Source: an uncultured Methanomassiliicoccales archaeon
GTDB lineage: Archaea; Thermoplasmatota; Thermoplasmata; Methanomassiliicoccales; UBA472
NCBI GenBank assembly: GCA_963695345.1
Contig: OY968769.1
Coordinates: 544,001-608,000, forward strand
Reading direction: 5' to 3'
Length of the DNA stretch: 64,000 nt
Of the stretch, positions 21,521 to 31,310 are shown piece by piece (the first letter of the stretch is position 1; every line of letters starts with the position of its first letter). The notes under the pieces were generated by a model. It saw only the letters and a program-made list of their open reading frames with translations. It was not told the origin of the DNA and ran no database searches. A program made the position numbers and the translations under genes.

Positions 21521-21694
21521 ATGAAAGTCAATATCGACAAGTGCATGCATTGCGGCGCCTGCGTGGGCACCTGCCCCCAGAACGCCATATACCTCAACGA
21601 CGTCGTCCTAACGTTCAACGACAAGTGCAACCGCTGCGGGCTCTGCGTCAAGACCTGCCCGGTCGGCGCTCTCCAGTTGGAGGTGAAGGCATGA
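21521..21694 (+). CDS. 2x[4Fe-4S] ferredoxin (57 aa, missed by ORF track)
   Basis: MKVNIDKCMHCGACVGTCP...CNRCGLCVKTCPVGAL. Confidence 0.92.
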   Translation: MKVNIDKCMHCGACVGTCPQNAIYLNDVVLTFNDKCNRCGLCVKTCPVGALQLEVKA

Positions 21695-22878
21695 AGACCG
21701 ACTATGATGTGATAGTGGTTGGTGGCGGACCGGCCGGCTCTATGACCGCGCTCCACGCGGCCAAGGGGGGCGCCCGTGTCCTCATGATCGAGAAACGCCA
21801 GGAAATTGGCGCATCCCTGAGATGCGCCGAGGGCGTATCCAAGAAGGGCCTGGACGCCGTTGAGATCCCGGTGGACCGGAGATGGGTATCCGCAGAGGTC
21901 GTTGGCGCCAAGATCGTGTCGCCGAACGGGTCTGTTTTCCGCATCGACGAGAGCAGCGCCGGGGATGAGGTGGGCATGGTGCTGGAGAGGCACCTCTTCG
22001 ATAAAGCGCTGGCGAGCAAGGCGGCGCACGCTGGCGTGGAGATCAAGCTCAAGTGCAGCGCGACCGATGTCATCATGGACAAGGGAAAGGTCGTTGGCAT
22101 CAAGGGCATCGACAACGGAGAACCGTTCAAGCTTTCCGCCGGTTGCGTGGTCGCGGCGGACGGATACGAATCACAGGTGGCCAGGTGGGCTGGCATGGAG
22201 ACCAAGCTCAAGGCCGGCGACATCACCACCTGCTTCCAGTACCGCATGACCAACCTGAAGACCGAACCGGATTATTGCGAGTTCATCATCGGATCGGCCG
22301 CTCCGGGCGGCTATGTATGGGTTTTCCCGAAAGGTGACGACACGGCCAACGTCGGAATCGGCATCCTGCTCTCCAAGCTCAAGAAGCCGGGAGAGGTAAA
22401 GGCGTACCTGGACAAGTTCATCAAGAAGGACCCCCGCCTCAGCTGCGGACAGCCGCTAGAGTCGATCGCGGGTGCGGTCTCCGTCTCGGCGCCACTGGAA
22501 AAGACCGTCATGGACGGAATGATGATCGTAGGTGACGCTGCCAGGGTCATTGACCCCATCACCGGCGGCGGCATAGCCAACGGTTGCATGACCGGATTCG
22601 TGGGCGGCAAGGTTCTGGCAAAGTGCGTCGAGGCCAACGATTTCAGCGAGAAGATGCTGCTGGAGTATGACGCCGGGTGGCGCGAGGAGATGGAAGAGCG
22701 CCTATACCGGAACTGGATGGCCAAGGAGAAGTTCCTGACCCTATCGGACCAGACACTGGACAGCGTTATCGACACCCTCTCCACAGCAGGCGTGGACAAG
22801 ATGTCGGTGTTCAATATCCTCAAGGCAATCAAGGATAAGCACCCGGAACTGGTCAAGGAATTCGAGGACCTTATCTAA
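21691..22878 (+). CDS. Digeranylgeranylglycerophospholipid reductase (GGR)
   Basis: YDVIVVGGGPAGS, RCAEG, PGGYVWVFPK, GDAA..DPITGGGI. Confidence 0.92.
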   Translation: MKTDYDVIVVGGGPAGSMTALHAAKGGARVLMIEKRQEIGASLRCAEGVSKKGLDAVEIPVDRRWVSAEVVGAKIVSPNGSVFRIDESSAGDEVGMVLERHLFDKALASKAAHAGVEIKLKCSATDVIMDKGKVVGIKGIDNGEPFKLSAGCVVAADGYESQVARWAGMETKLKAGDITTCFQYRMTNLKTEPDYCEFIIGSAAPGGYVWVFPKGDDTANVGIGILLSKLKKPGEVKAYLDKFIKKDPRLSCGQPLESIAGAVSVSAPLEKTVMDGMMIVGDAARVIDPITGGGIANGCMTGFVGGKVLAKCVEANDFSEKMLLEYDAGWREEMEERLYRNWMAKEKFLTLSDQTLDSVIDTLSTAGVDKMSVFNILKAIKDKHPELVKEFEDLI

Positions 22879-22910
22879 AAAACGACCTTCCAAACATCTT
22901 CCCTATTCTT

Positions 22911-23873
22911 TTATTGAATGGTTTTTGAGGATTCCAGCATTACGCCGGGAACCCCGGTCCTGACCTTTATCGGATACCCACCCTTCCTTCTGATCACTTC
23001 GGCTACCTGGTCCGGCCGGTCCGTCAGGGCCACCATGCTCCCGCCGCCCCCGGCCCCGGTCAGCTTGGCCCCATAGGAGAGCGGAAGCGAGGCGTCGATC
23101 AGGTCGTCCAGTGCCGGGCAGGACACCCCTAGGATCGCAAGCAGCTTCTGGTCACGGGTCATCAGCGAACCGAGCTTCACCGGATCGTTGCGCCGAAGGG
23201 CGTCCCTCCCCTCGAGGGTCAGCTGACCGATCTCCTCGATCACCTCCCGGGCAAAACGGCTCTTGTCCGCGAACCGCTTGACCTTGGCCACCAGCGGCCC
23301 GGTCGCCGCGGAGATGCCGGTGAACCCGACCACCAGGCTGAGCTCCGGGACCTCGCAGTGGTGGATATCCCAGTGCCTTGAATCCTTGGCCAGTTCCCAT
23401 ATGAAATCGTCGCCTTTCACCGTGTTGACGAAGATCCCGCTGCCATGCGCACTGGTCGAGGTATCGATCGGACTGGCCCTCCCTTGGACCAATGACTCGA
23501 TCTCGAATGCGTCCCGGGCCACGTTCTTGGCGTCCAGCTTTCCCTGCATCGCCTCAATGGCGCCCAGTGCGGCGACGGATACGGCGGCGGACGATCCCAG
23601 CCCGGACCCGGACGGGAACTCCGAAGTGGTCTCGATGGCCAGCGGCCCTCCCCTCCAGAACCGGGTTGCCGCTGCCCCTACGTAGGCATGGGTCCTCTCG
23701 TTCAATGGATGTCCGTTGAGGGTGAACGCGTCCGAGGGGGTGATGGAGCACTGAAGCCTCTGATCGATGGCCACCGCTATCGCCGGCTGGCCAAAGACCA
23801 CCGCATGTTCGCCCAGGAGGATGACCTTGCCCGGCGCGGACGCCACCACGCTTAACCCCTTGCCCGTTGCCAT
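22911..23873 (-). CDS. mvk: Mevalonate kinase
   Basis: SAPGKVILLGEHAVV, PSGSGLGSSAA, GAKLTGAGGGG. Confidence 0.93.
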   Translation of the reverse strand: MATGKGLSVVASAPGKVILLGEHAVVFGQPAIAVAIDQRLQCSITPSDAFTLNGHPLNERTHAYVGAAATRFWRGGPLAIETTSEFPSGSGLGSSAAVSVAALGAIEAMQGKLDAKNVARDAFEIESLVQGRASPIDTSTSAHGSGIFVNTVKGDDFIWELAKDSRHWDIHHCEVPELSLVVGFTGISAATGPLVAKVKRFADKSRFAREVIEEIGQLTLEGRDALRRNDPVKLGSLMTRDQKLLAILGVSCPALDDLIDASLPLSYGAKLTGAGGGGSMVALTDRPDQVAEVIRRKGGYPIKVRTGVPGVMLESSKTIQ

Positions 23874-23967
23874 GGACACCTCCGCATTGGCGAATCCAGT
23901 AATAAGCATTGTCCGTCGAAGGCCAGAGTGAAAAAGGGAAGGGATTTCTGGAAAGGTGTTTGTCCGA

Positions 23968-24576
23968 TCAGTCTATGCCGTAGCGCTTTGCCGCCTCTTC
24001 CAAGGTCTCGTTCGGGGTCTTGCCCTTGAGGTCCTTGCGCTTGGCGTTCCACCATTTATCCTCGAAATCCTCCAGCGCGGCCTGCAGCTGCTCATCGTCC
24101 TCGAAGGTGTCTCCCTTCTCCTTCACGAAGTCTTCCTTGAACTTGGCCAGCAGGTCGATGTTGTTCTCCTTGTTGACGACCGTGACCGCCAGGAAATCAT
24201 CGATGTTGTCGGCGACCACCTTGGCATAGTCGGATGGTATGATGTCCATTACCAGGTCGAGGATGGCGTTGCTCAGGGTCAGGAACAGCATCTCGCGCTT
24301 GTTCTCCTCGGGCATGTCCTCCTTGGCAATGACCTCGTTAAGGCTCTCGTACCAGACATCCCTCAGAACGTAGGACCGGGGCCCGTTCTTCTCCGAGGAA
24401 TCATCGCCGCCGCAGCACTCGCAATGCTCACCGTGCTCATGGACCTGCTCCATGACCTCTTCCGCCACGGGCTTCTCTTCCACCTTCTTCACCGGTTTCT
24501 TGGCGGTGGTCTTCTTGGCGGCCGGCTTCTTCGCTGCTGGCTTGGTCTCCTTCTTCTTTGATGATGTTGCTGCCAA
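23968..24576 (-). CDS. Hypothetical protein with N-terminal KPAAKK tail and His/Cys patch
   Basis: TTG start after AGGAGAG; HEHGEHCECCG; C-terminal WWN..KDLKGKTPNE. Confidence 0.75.
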   Translation of the reverse strand: MAATSSKKKETKPAAKKPAAKKTTAKKPVKKVEEKPVAEEVMEQVHEHGEHCECCGGDDSSEKNGPRSYVLRDVWYESLNEVIAKEDMPEENKREMLFLTLSNAILDLVMDIIPSDYAKVVADNIDDFLAVTVVNKENNIDLLAKFKEDFVKEKGDTFEDDEQLQAALEDFEDKWWNAKRKDLKGKTPNETLEEAAKRYGID

Positions 24577-24720
24577 ATCGTTACTCTCCTGAAACTACAC
24601 CGGGCCGTAGAGCACGCCTCCCGAACGAACGGACAGGACGTCTGGTCTCGGTCATTATCCCGTTGTGCCTTGTTCTATCTGTGTGATTCTGAGGAGGGTT
24701 ATTAAGCTTATTGCATCACA

Positions 24721-25365
24721 TTATTCCAGTGGTTTTCTGAAAACAAAGCTGAGCCGTGATCTAAGCGCGTCCTGGCCCATTATCATCTTCTCGATCCGGA
24801 TCTCCTCGAACCCGATCTCATGCATTCCCGTGAAGAGCTCGCGGACCTCCTCGGCCAGGAAGTAATGGGTCAGCACGCCGGCGCCTCTGATGAAGGAACC
24901 AGGCTCCACCTCTTGCCCCTTTCCATAGCGCATGTCGTCCCGGGAGAACCCCTTGAAACGGACCTGGCCGCCGGGGCGGAGCACCCTGAGCATCTCTCGG
25001 GCTGATGCGACCCTTTCTTGCCGATACAGATGTTCCAGGACGTGGAAGCAAAGGACCACGTCGAAGCACCCTTCCCGGAACGGCAGCATGCCGGCATCGG
25101 CGAGCGCATACTCCTGACCGTCCGAGGAATACCTGGCCCGGCACATATCGAGCGCCACCGATGAAATGTCGATGCCGACCGCTCGGACACCGTTCATTCC
25201 AGACAGGGTCTTGCCGCTGCCGCATCCCACCTCCAGCACGGTCGCTCCAGCGGGAAGGTCTATCGAGTGCCTGGGGGCGCCCTTCCACAGGGCACCTTTG
25301 GTGGAGTACTCCCCATCCCATATCTGACACCTACGCCCCATGCTCAATTCCTCAGGCATCGACAT
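24721..25365 (-). CDS. Class I SAM-dependent methyltransferase
   Basis: VLEVGCGSGK, LPFREGCFDVV, HVLEH, RVLRPGG. Confidence 0.88.
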   Translation of the reverse strand: MSMPEELSMGRRCQIWDGEYSTKGALWKGAPRHSIDLPAGATVLEVGCGSGKTLSGMNGVRAVGIDISSVALDMCRARYSSDGQEYALADAGMLPFREGCFDVVLCFHVLEHLYRQERVASAREMLRVLRPGGQVRFKGFSRDDMRYGKGQEVEPGSFIRGAGVLTHYFLAEEVRELFTGMHEIGFEEIRIEKMIMGQDALRSRLSFVFRKPLE

Positions 25366-25449
25366 TCTCCCTGTTCGGATGCTCGGTCCGATTGAACCGG
25401 ACAAGGCCGCCAGTAAATATAAGTCGTGTCCCGCCCTCCCTTCCCTCAG

Positions 25450-26376
25450 ATGAATTCCAGGGCGGCAGAGGTTTTGCGTTGCCTGAACCAAGCGGGCATG
25501 CAGGCAAGGATCGTGCCTGCAAAGAGGGCCATCGATATCGGACGTGACATATTGTCGCTCAAGGACGAGGGTCAGCTGGACCAGGAATTGTATGACATCT
25601 ACCTATCGAAGTACAACTACGGACTTCCGGATTCCCTGCCGACGGCAAAGTCCCTTCTCGTCGTCGCAGTTCCTACTTCTGGTCTAACCATTACCTTCAA
25701 TCACCATGGCAAAGAGCACCGATGCCGGGTACCGCCCACCTATGCCAACGCGAAAGAGATCGACCGGAAGGTAAAGTCGATACTGGAGGCGGCACTGCCG
25801 GAGTGCAGGTTCGTCAAAGCCATATTGCCATTCAAGACGCTGGCCACCCGGACGGGGCTGGCGCGTTACGGGAAGAACAACATCACCTATGCGGAAGATC
25901 TTGGCAGTTTTTACAGGCTGACCGGATTCTTTTCCGATGGGGATATGGAAACGGATGATTGGCAACCCCGGGAGGTCATGGCCCAGTGCGCCGATTGTGA
26001 CCTGTGCCTCAAGGCATGCCCCACCGGGGCGATCGGCAAGGACCGCTTCCTGATCAGGGCGGACCGATGTTTGACGTTCCTCAACGAATTGCCCTCGGAA
26101 CGGGCCTTTCCATCCAGGATAAAAGCCTCCGTCCATAACGCCATAGTCGGATGCATGAAGTGCCAGGATGTTTGTCCGATGAACCGCGAACTCCTAGGTT
26201 CATACGTGGACGGGGATGTCTATTCGGAGGAGGAGACCGACTATCTGTTGAAAGGAGACTACCAGAACGACGACGCGGAGGAGATAATGGAGAAACTGGA
26301 CTGTTCCGGTCTGGACCTTGAGATCTTCCCCAGGAACCTGGCTGTCCTGCTTAAGGGCAAGGCCGATAGATCCTGA
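25450..26376 (+). CDS. QueG-like 4Fe-4S double-cluster protein
   Basis: K.LATRTGLARYGKNN, CADCDLCLKACPTGA, RCLT, GCMKCQDVCP. Confidence 0.8.
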   Translation: MNSRAAEVLRCLNQAGMQARIVPAKRAIDIGRDILSLKDEGQLDQELYDIYLSKYNYGLPDSLPTAKSLLVVAVPTSGLTITFNHHGKEHRCRVPPTYANAKEIDRKVKSILEAALPECRFVKAILPFKTLATRTGLARYGKNNITYAEDLGSFYRLTGFFSDGDMETDDWQPREVMAQCADCDLCLKACPTGAIGKDRFLIRADRCLTFLNELPSERAFPSRIKASVHNAIVGCMKCQDVCPMNRELLGSYVDGDVYSEEETDYLLKGDYQNDDAEEIMEKLDCSGLDLEIFPRNLAVLLKGKADRS

Positions 26377-26537
26377 GTCTGGACCCTAATCTTGCCATGA
26401 ATGGTACCACTCATTCTCGACGACGAACCCGGTCCGGCTGCCGGTCCAAAGAATGATTGAACGATGATCGGATGTCCGATGCTCCGGCCGGGATCGACTA
26501 GCTTCTTAAAAGAAAAAATGAAAAAAACGGAGTAGCC

Positions 26538-26942
26538 TCACTCCGTCGGTTTACCGTCGTATTCCTCTGGTTCCGCCAAAGCATCTGCCTTGGTGTGCCG
26601 GACGACCTTGTCTATGTGCTCCGGGGGCGAGTATATGGTGTAGAGCTTGAGTTCGTCCTTCTTCGATGTGTTGACGACATTGTGCCAGGCGCCGGAAGGA
26701 ACGATGACCGCCATTCCATCATGGACCTTGTGCTCCACATCGTCGATCACTACCACACCCTCTCCCGCTTCGAACCGGAAGAACTGGTCAACGGTGTCGT
26801 GAACCTCCATTCCAATCTCCTCTCCTGGTTTCAGGTTCATCAGGACCAGTTGACTGAACTTACCAGTGTATAGCACCCGACGGAAATCGCTGTTCTTCAG
26901 CGTATCTTTCTCTATATTTCCAGCAAAACCTTTTTTCACCAT
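26538..26942 (-). CDS. Cupin-domain protein
   Basis: EIGMEVH..DQFF, VPSGAWHNV, KLYTIYSPPEH. Confidence 0.88.
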   Translation of the reverse strand: MVKKGFAGNIEKDTLKNSDFRRVLYTGKFSQLVLMNLKPGEEIGMEVHDTVDQFFRFEAGEGVVVIDDVEHKVHDGMAVIVPSGAWHNVVNTSKKDELKLYTIYSPPEHIDKVVRHTKADALAEPEEYDGKPTE

Positions 26943-27069
26943 TTCAGATCACCCGTGATACTGTCCAGGGACAGTCTCCCTCAGCATCTATGACGGTCCG
27001 GTCGATATTTGTAGATAATGCATCAACGTAAATGTCGACCATTGCTTGATAATGCCTTTCAGCCTTGTC

Positions 27070-27735
27070 TTACAGCTTCTTCATGCAAGGGCCGGGACCG
27101 TTCAGCAGCGACCGGCCGTACAGGTCGATCGAGATATCGACCAGGTTCTTTTCTTCGAGCCCGACCGCCTTGACGAACTCCTGGTTCGAAAGGACGGTCT
27201 TCAGCAACCCCTGCAACGAAAATGATATTATGAGAGCCGCAGCCACCGGGTCAACGTCCGGCCGGATCGATCCGTCCTTCATCCCCGATTCGATCGCCAT
27301 GACCATTATCCTGCCGATCTCCTCGTTCAGCGATTGGCACCTGCCTTCGCTGGCAAGTGTTTTGCCTGGTTTTGGGGAGTTCGTGTCGTAGATAATGTTC
27401 GAGTATTCCGGATACCTCTTGGTGAATTCGTAGAACGAATAGCCGATGGCCCGGAACTTTTCCAGCCCGACCTCCTCCCGGTCGGCCGCCTGGCGGAACA
27501 TGTCCCGCATAGTCCCCAGCGCCTTTTCGACGATGTTGAAGTAGATGTCATCCTTGGTCTGGTAATGAAGGTAGACGGCCCCCTTGGACACGTCCGCCTT
27601 GGCGGCGATCTCATCGATGGTGGTGTTGGCGAAGCCTTTCGCAAGGAAGAGCTGTTCTGCGACCTTCAGTATCCGGTCCTCCCGTTCAGCCCTTTTCCTG
27701 ACCTTTCTATCGCTCGCCGGCTTCGCCTTCGCCAT
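27070..27735 (-). CDS. TetR/AcrR-family regulator
   Basis: LFLAKGFANTTIDEIA..ADVSKGAVYLHYQTKD. Confidence 0.93.
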   Translation of the reverse strand: MAKAKPASDRKVRKRAEREDRILKVAEQLFLAKGFANTTIDEIAAKADVSKGAVYLHYQTKDDIYFNIVEKALGTMRDMFRQAADREEVGLEKFRAIGYSFYEFTKRYPEYSNIIYDTNSPKPGKTLASEGRCQSLNEEIGRIMVMAIESGMKDGSIRPDVDPVAAALIISFSLQGLLKTVLSNQEFVKAVGLEEKNLVDISIDLYGRSLLNGPGPCMKKL

Positions 27736-27762
27736 TTCTTCAACCCACCGCTGGAACAACCT

Positions 27763-28422
27763 TTAGTAATCCGGCTTGGCCAACGGATCTGTCCCGTTCC
27801 GCCTTGCCTCCTTTTTCCATCTCCGGTTGACCATCCAGTTATACAGCCATGGAGGGGCGGTTCCCTTATTTGTCAATTCCCTTGCCTCGGGGGGGACATC
27901 CTTCCCTTGGTCTAGGGCTCCAGCCGTCATGTCCAACGCCAAGCGGAGGTTGCGTAGTATTCCTCCCCCTTCGTTAAGGTCCTGGCCTCCGATAGCGCCG
28001 CCTCCGCCCACCGCCAATCCGCCTGCCCACTGGCAGCCAATATCGCGGGCAAAGATCGAACAGATCCTGAGTGCGTATTCGTTGTGCCTGGATTCGGGAA
28101 AACCTGATTGGCATATCGCCATTAGCCTCCGTCCTTTTCCCCCGCCGATCCCGCGCCCGTTCGCCAGTTCCATGAATCGGATGGTCTGGGAGGGCAGTGA
28201 ATCGATATATAATGGGAAGGAGAGGACAATCAGGTCGGCATTCTCCATCTTGCCGAACGCCTCATTCATCAGGTTTTCGCCTTTCATGACCTGGTAGATG
28301 CATTCCTTGTCGGTCGTCCACCCTGCCCCGGAGAGCCGGTCGAGCAGATACTGGCCTACCTTGTCCGAGTTGGACCTCGAGTTCCCCGGACTGCCAACAA
28401 GAAGCAGCGCCCTTCCGCTCAT
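27763..28422 (-). CDS. Flavodoxin-like NAD(P)H-dependent oxidoreductase
   Basis: LLVGSP..SNS, FPLYIDSLP, QSGFPE. Confidence 0.8.
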   Translation of the reverse strand: MSGRALLLVGSPGNSRSNSDKVGQYLLDRLSGAGWTTDKECIYQVMKGENLMNEAFGKMENADLIVLSFPLYIDSLPSQTIRFMELANGRGIGGGKGRRLMAICQSGFPESRHNEYALRICSIFARDIGCQWAGGLAVGGGGAIGGQDLNEGGGILRNLRLALDMTAGALDQGKDVPPEARELTNKGTAPPWLYNWMVNRRWKKEARRNGTDPLAKPDY

Positions 28423-29021
28423 GCCATCACCTGCTTTAACGCGGCGGTCATCTGGACCTTGATCTCCGTTTCGTTCGACCCTTTATGCAGTACCACGCTT
28501 GACGTGTTTTCTGAATGCATGTTCAAGGAGTTCCTTATCACCAGGTCTCGGAATAGGCCCTCCTTTTCCTCATCCCTCAACGGCAGGGTGCCTATGCCGA
28601 GGAGGTTCCATCCGTTCCCGCTGCGTTGTGGGTGATGCGTCTCCCCATTGTATTTGCGGAAAAAGGGCAACAACACCGGGATGAACCGGTCCAGGCCCTT
28701 CTTGAGCTCTGAAGAGTAACCGCCGAAGGATATCGGGGTGATGAGAACGATCAGATCGGACCTGGCTATATCCGCGCATATCTTACGTTGTTCGTCGTCG
28801 TACACGCATTCCCCCGGAGTTTTGGTCCAGCAGGTGAAGCATCCGATACAGGGGGCGATCTCGATGTCCCTGAGCGTCCAATGGGTGAAATTGACACCCT
28901 TCCGCTTGAGTTCCGAATGCAACGTTTCACCTGCGATACCAGCCTCGAGGTCATCGTTCCTCGAGCCATCGAGGATTATGACCTTGGAAGTTTTTCCGTT
29001 GTAACCTTCCGTGTTCTTCAT
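28419..29021 (-). CDS. Iron-sulfur flavoprotein / flavodoxin family
   Basis: CIGCFTCWTKTPGEC..DD, TPISFGGYS. Confidence 0.85.
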   Translation of the reverse strand: MKNTEGYNGKTSKVIILDGSRNDDLEAGIAGETLHSELKRKGVNFTHWTLRDIEIAPCIGCFTCWTKTPGECVYDDEQRKICADIARSDLIVLITPISFGGYSSELKKGLDRFIPVLLPFFRKYNGETHHPQRSGNGWNLLGIGTLPLRDEEKEGLFRDLVIRNSLNMHSENTSSVVLHKGSNETEIKVQMTAALKQVMA

Positions 29022-29031
29022 TCTATCACCA

Positions 29032-29078
29032 TGACCTTTAGTCAATTATGACTTATGGTCATTAATGACTATAAGTCA
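29032..29078. promoter_or_regulatory. Three tandem TGAC-N5-GTCA boxes with 17-bp period
   Basis: TGACCTTTAGTCA at 29032, TGACTTATGGTCA at 29049, TGACTATAAGTCA at 29066. Confidence 0.75.
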
Positions 29079-29297
29079 TATTTAGTATTTCGGATGGCGG
29101 GGCTTTGCTGCGATGATCCCCTCTTCGCAACAATCCCCCATTATGGAGGTTATTCGTCGTTGGGGCCATGGATAGTGTAGTGCTGCCAGTAATCCTGTGA
29201 AGTTCGAAAAACCACAATCCTGACTTTTATCTGGCATGTGGTACGTTAAATCATCAACCAGGTATCCTTGAGGATTGCCGCGATCGAACAAATCGGA

Positions 29298-29738
29298 TCA
29301 TAGTCCGGGATAGCAGATGAGATGGTCCATCACGTAAGAGATCTCCATCTTCTCGAACCCGAGCGGCTGTATCTTCTTGTCCAGCACGGCAAGCAGCTCT
29401 TTGTCATCGGATGCTTTGATGCGGAACATGATGCGCCTGTCACCGGTGACATGAAGGATCTCCGATACGTTCTGGAGTTCCAGCAGGCCGGTCAGCGCCG
29501 ATGATTCTTTCCTTGGATCGATCTCGGCGGAAACGTAGGCGTCCGCTAGTATTCCCACCCGTCTCTCATCCACGATCGCCGAGTATCCAAGGATCGTCCG
29601 GTCCTCCTCCATCCCCTTGATACGGTCGCGGATAGTTGAAGGGGAACGCTGGAGCATCCGACCGATCTCCTCATTGGTCAGCTTTCCGTTCTTCTGCAAA
29701 AGCTGTAGGATGAGCCGGTCCAACTCGTCCTGCTTCAT
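29298..29738 (-). CDS. Lrp/AsnC-family regulator
   Basis: DELDRLILQLLQKNGK...STIRDRIK.ME. Confidence 0.9.
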   Translation of the reverse strand: MKQDELDRLILQLLQKNGKLTNEEIGRMLQRSPSTIRDRIKGMEEDRTILGYSAIVDERRVGILADAYVSAEIDPRKESSALTGLLELQNVSEILHVTGDRRIMFRIKASDDKELLAVLDKKIQPLGFEKMEISYVMDHLICYPGL

Positions 29739-29817
29739 CGGGGGATGATTGTGGTCCCGCTTTAGAAATACTTTTCCGTGGTCGTTCGATAACTGGCTTG
29801 CCATTCAGCACAAATAG

Positions 29818-30426
29818 TTATGGAATGTCGCACTTACTGCGCTGACCTATCATCTTCTTCTTTCGGAAATATGAGGCTATGAAAGAAAGCACGATCACGC
29901 CGATGACCATGACTAGGACCACGGTGGTGGCGGTTGCGCTGTCCCAATAGGCTATGAACAGCCCGCTGGCCAAAAGGATGAGCCCGTATTTCGCCGTCCC
30001 TCCGATGAGGACGTATAGCAGCGATTTCTTTAGGCTCCAGCGGCACATCGAGGCGAAGGCTCCCATGAACGGAAGCACTGGAGCGACCCGATTCACCAGG
30101 ATCATTCGTTCATCTGGATAAATGAGAAACGCTCGGAACTTGTCGACGCCTTTTTGGATCAGCTTCGGGACCTTGACCCTTTTTACGATGAAGTACAGGG
30201 TGTAGAATCCCAGGACCTCGGATACTGCGATCGTGATCAGAATGAGCACACCGAACCCGAAGGTCGATATCTGCGTCTGGTAGGCGAATATCCCCACCGT
30301 GAAGAGCTCCGGCACAGTAGGGAAAATGATGGCGTCGATGTAGAACAATAGGAATATGCAGATCAGACCGCCCAAGACATTGGCCGGGTCAAAGATGCTT
30401 ATGACTATGTCGGTGATACTTGCCAT
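29818..30426 (-). CDS. Membrane protein (DedA/VTT-like)
   Basis: About 5 TM helices; NRVAPVLP motif. Confidence 0.65.
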   Translation of the reverse strand: MASITDIVISIFDPANVLGGLICIFLLFYIDAIIFPTVPELFTVGIFAYQTQISTFGFGVLILITIAVSEVLGFYTLYFIVKRVKVPKLIQKGVDKFRAFLIYPDERMILVNRVAPVLPFMGAFASMCRWSLKKSLLYVLIGGTAKYGLILLASGLFIAYWDSATATTVVLVMVIGVIVLSFIASYFRKKKMIGQRSKCDIP

Positions 30427-30530
30427 TCCGATAAGGGGATATCACTAATTGCTACATGAGCCTAGCTACGTCCCGAACGCTCAGTTGCCTGTTTTCCGAT
30501 GACTCATTAGCTAAGGTCGACCTGTCAGGT

Positions 30531-31245
30531 TCATTTGGAACCGTATCTGCCCCTTTTCAACAGAGCCTCGGAGAGTATCATGAGATGGTCCGCGGCCATT
30601 ACCGGCAGGTCCTTCAATGGGAATAGGGCCGCCTCGGCGGCGTCATCACCGCCCTTCAATTTTCCGCCGATGGGCCTCAGATTGTACGCCAGGGTGATGA
30701 AGTGCCCCCGGGGGTCCCGGTCCGCGGCCGAGTAGACACCGACCAGGTCCAAGACTTCGGTCTTCAGCCCGGTCTCCTCCTCCATCTCCCGGACGACGCA
30801 CTCCTCCACCGTCTCACCATATTCCACGATGCCTCCAGGGAGGGCGAACATGCCTTGGAAAGGCTCCCTGCCCCTTTTGATGAGCACGACCTGATCCTCG
30901 ATCACGATGATCCCGTCGGTGGTCACCCAGGGCTTTTTCCAAAGGTTCTGCACCTGGGAAATGGCCATGCGTGACCGGGTCTCGAAACTCCTCAAGCAAG
31001 AGGTTGCCGGCCTCGGTCAGACGGACCTTCCCGTCAGGGGTGTGCTGGATAATGATGGTTCCAACGGCGTTCTCCATCGTCTGCAGCCAGACCTTCGCCT
31101 CACCCAGTGAGATGCCGACCAGCTCGATAGAAGCGTCCAGCGACCCGCTCTTCCCTATCTTCTCCAGGAGCGAGGCGCGCCGGGCGTCGATGACAACAAC
31201 CCCGTCCTTCTTCAGATTTATTTCACAATCGGTCTCTAACGCCAT
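30531..31245 (-). CDS. ModE-like wHTH fused to NUDIX hydrolase (frameshift near 30985)
   Basis: LLEKIGKSGSL...RLTEAG..LL N-terminus; GGIVEYGETVEECVVREMEEETG Nudix box; RDPRGH. Confidence 0.75.
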
Positions 31246-31310
31246 ATGGATGCACCTCCCGGACTGTATTGAGAGATAGATTAATACCACCCTTTGCTTT
31301 AGGAATCTTT

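Noticed and set aside
21541-21690. N-terminal extension of GGR in the ORF track
   Set aside because: Region encodes a ferredoxin in another frame; GGR starts at 21691
30451-30470. GCTACAT/AGCTAC half-sites resembling the trmB palindrome
   Set aside because: Short, not inverted, and compatible with chance
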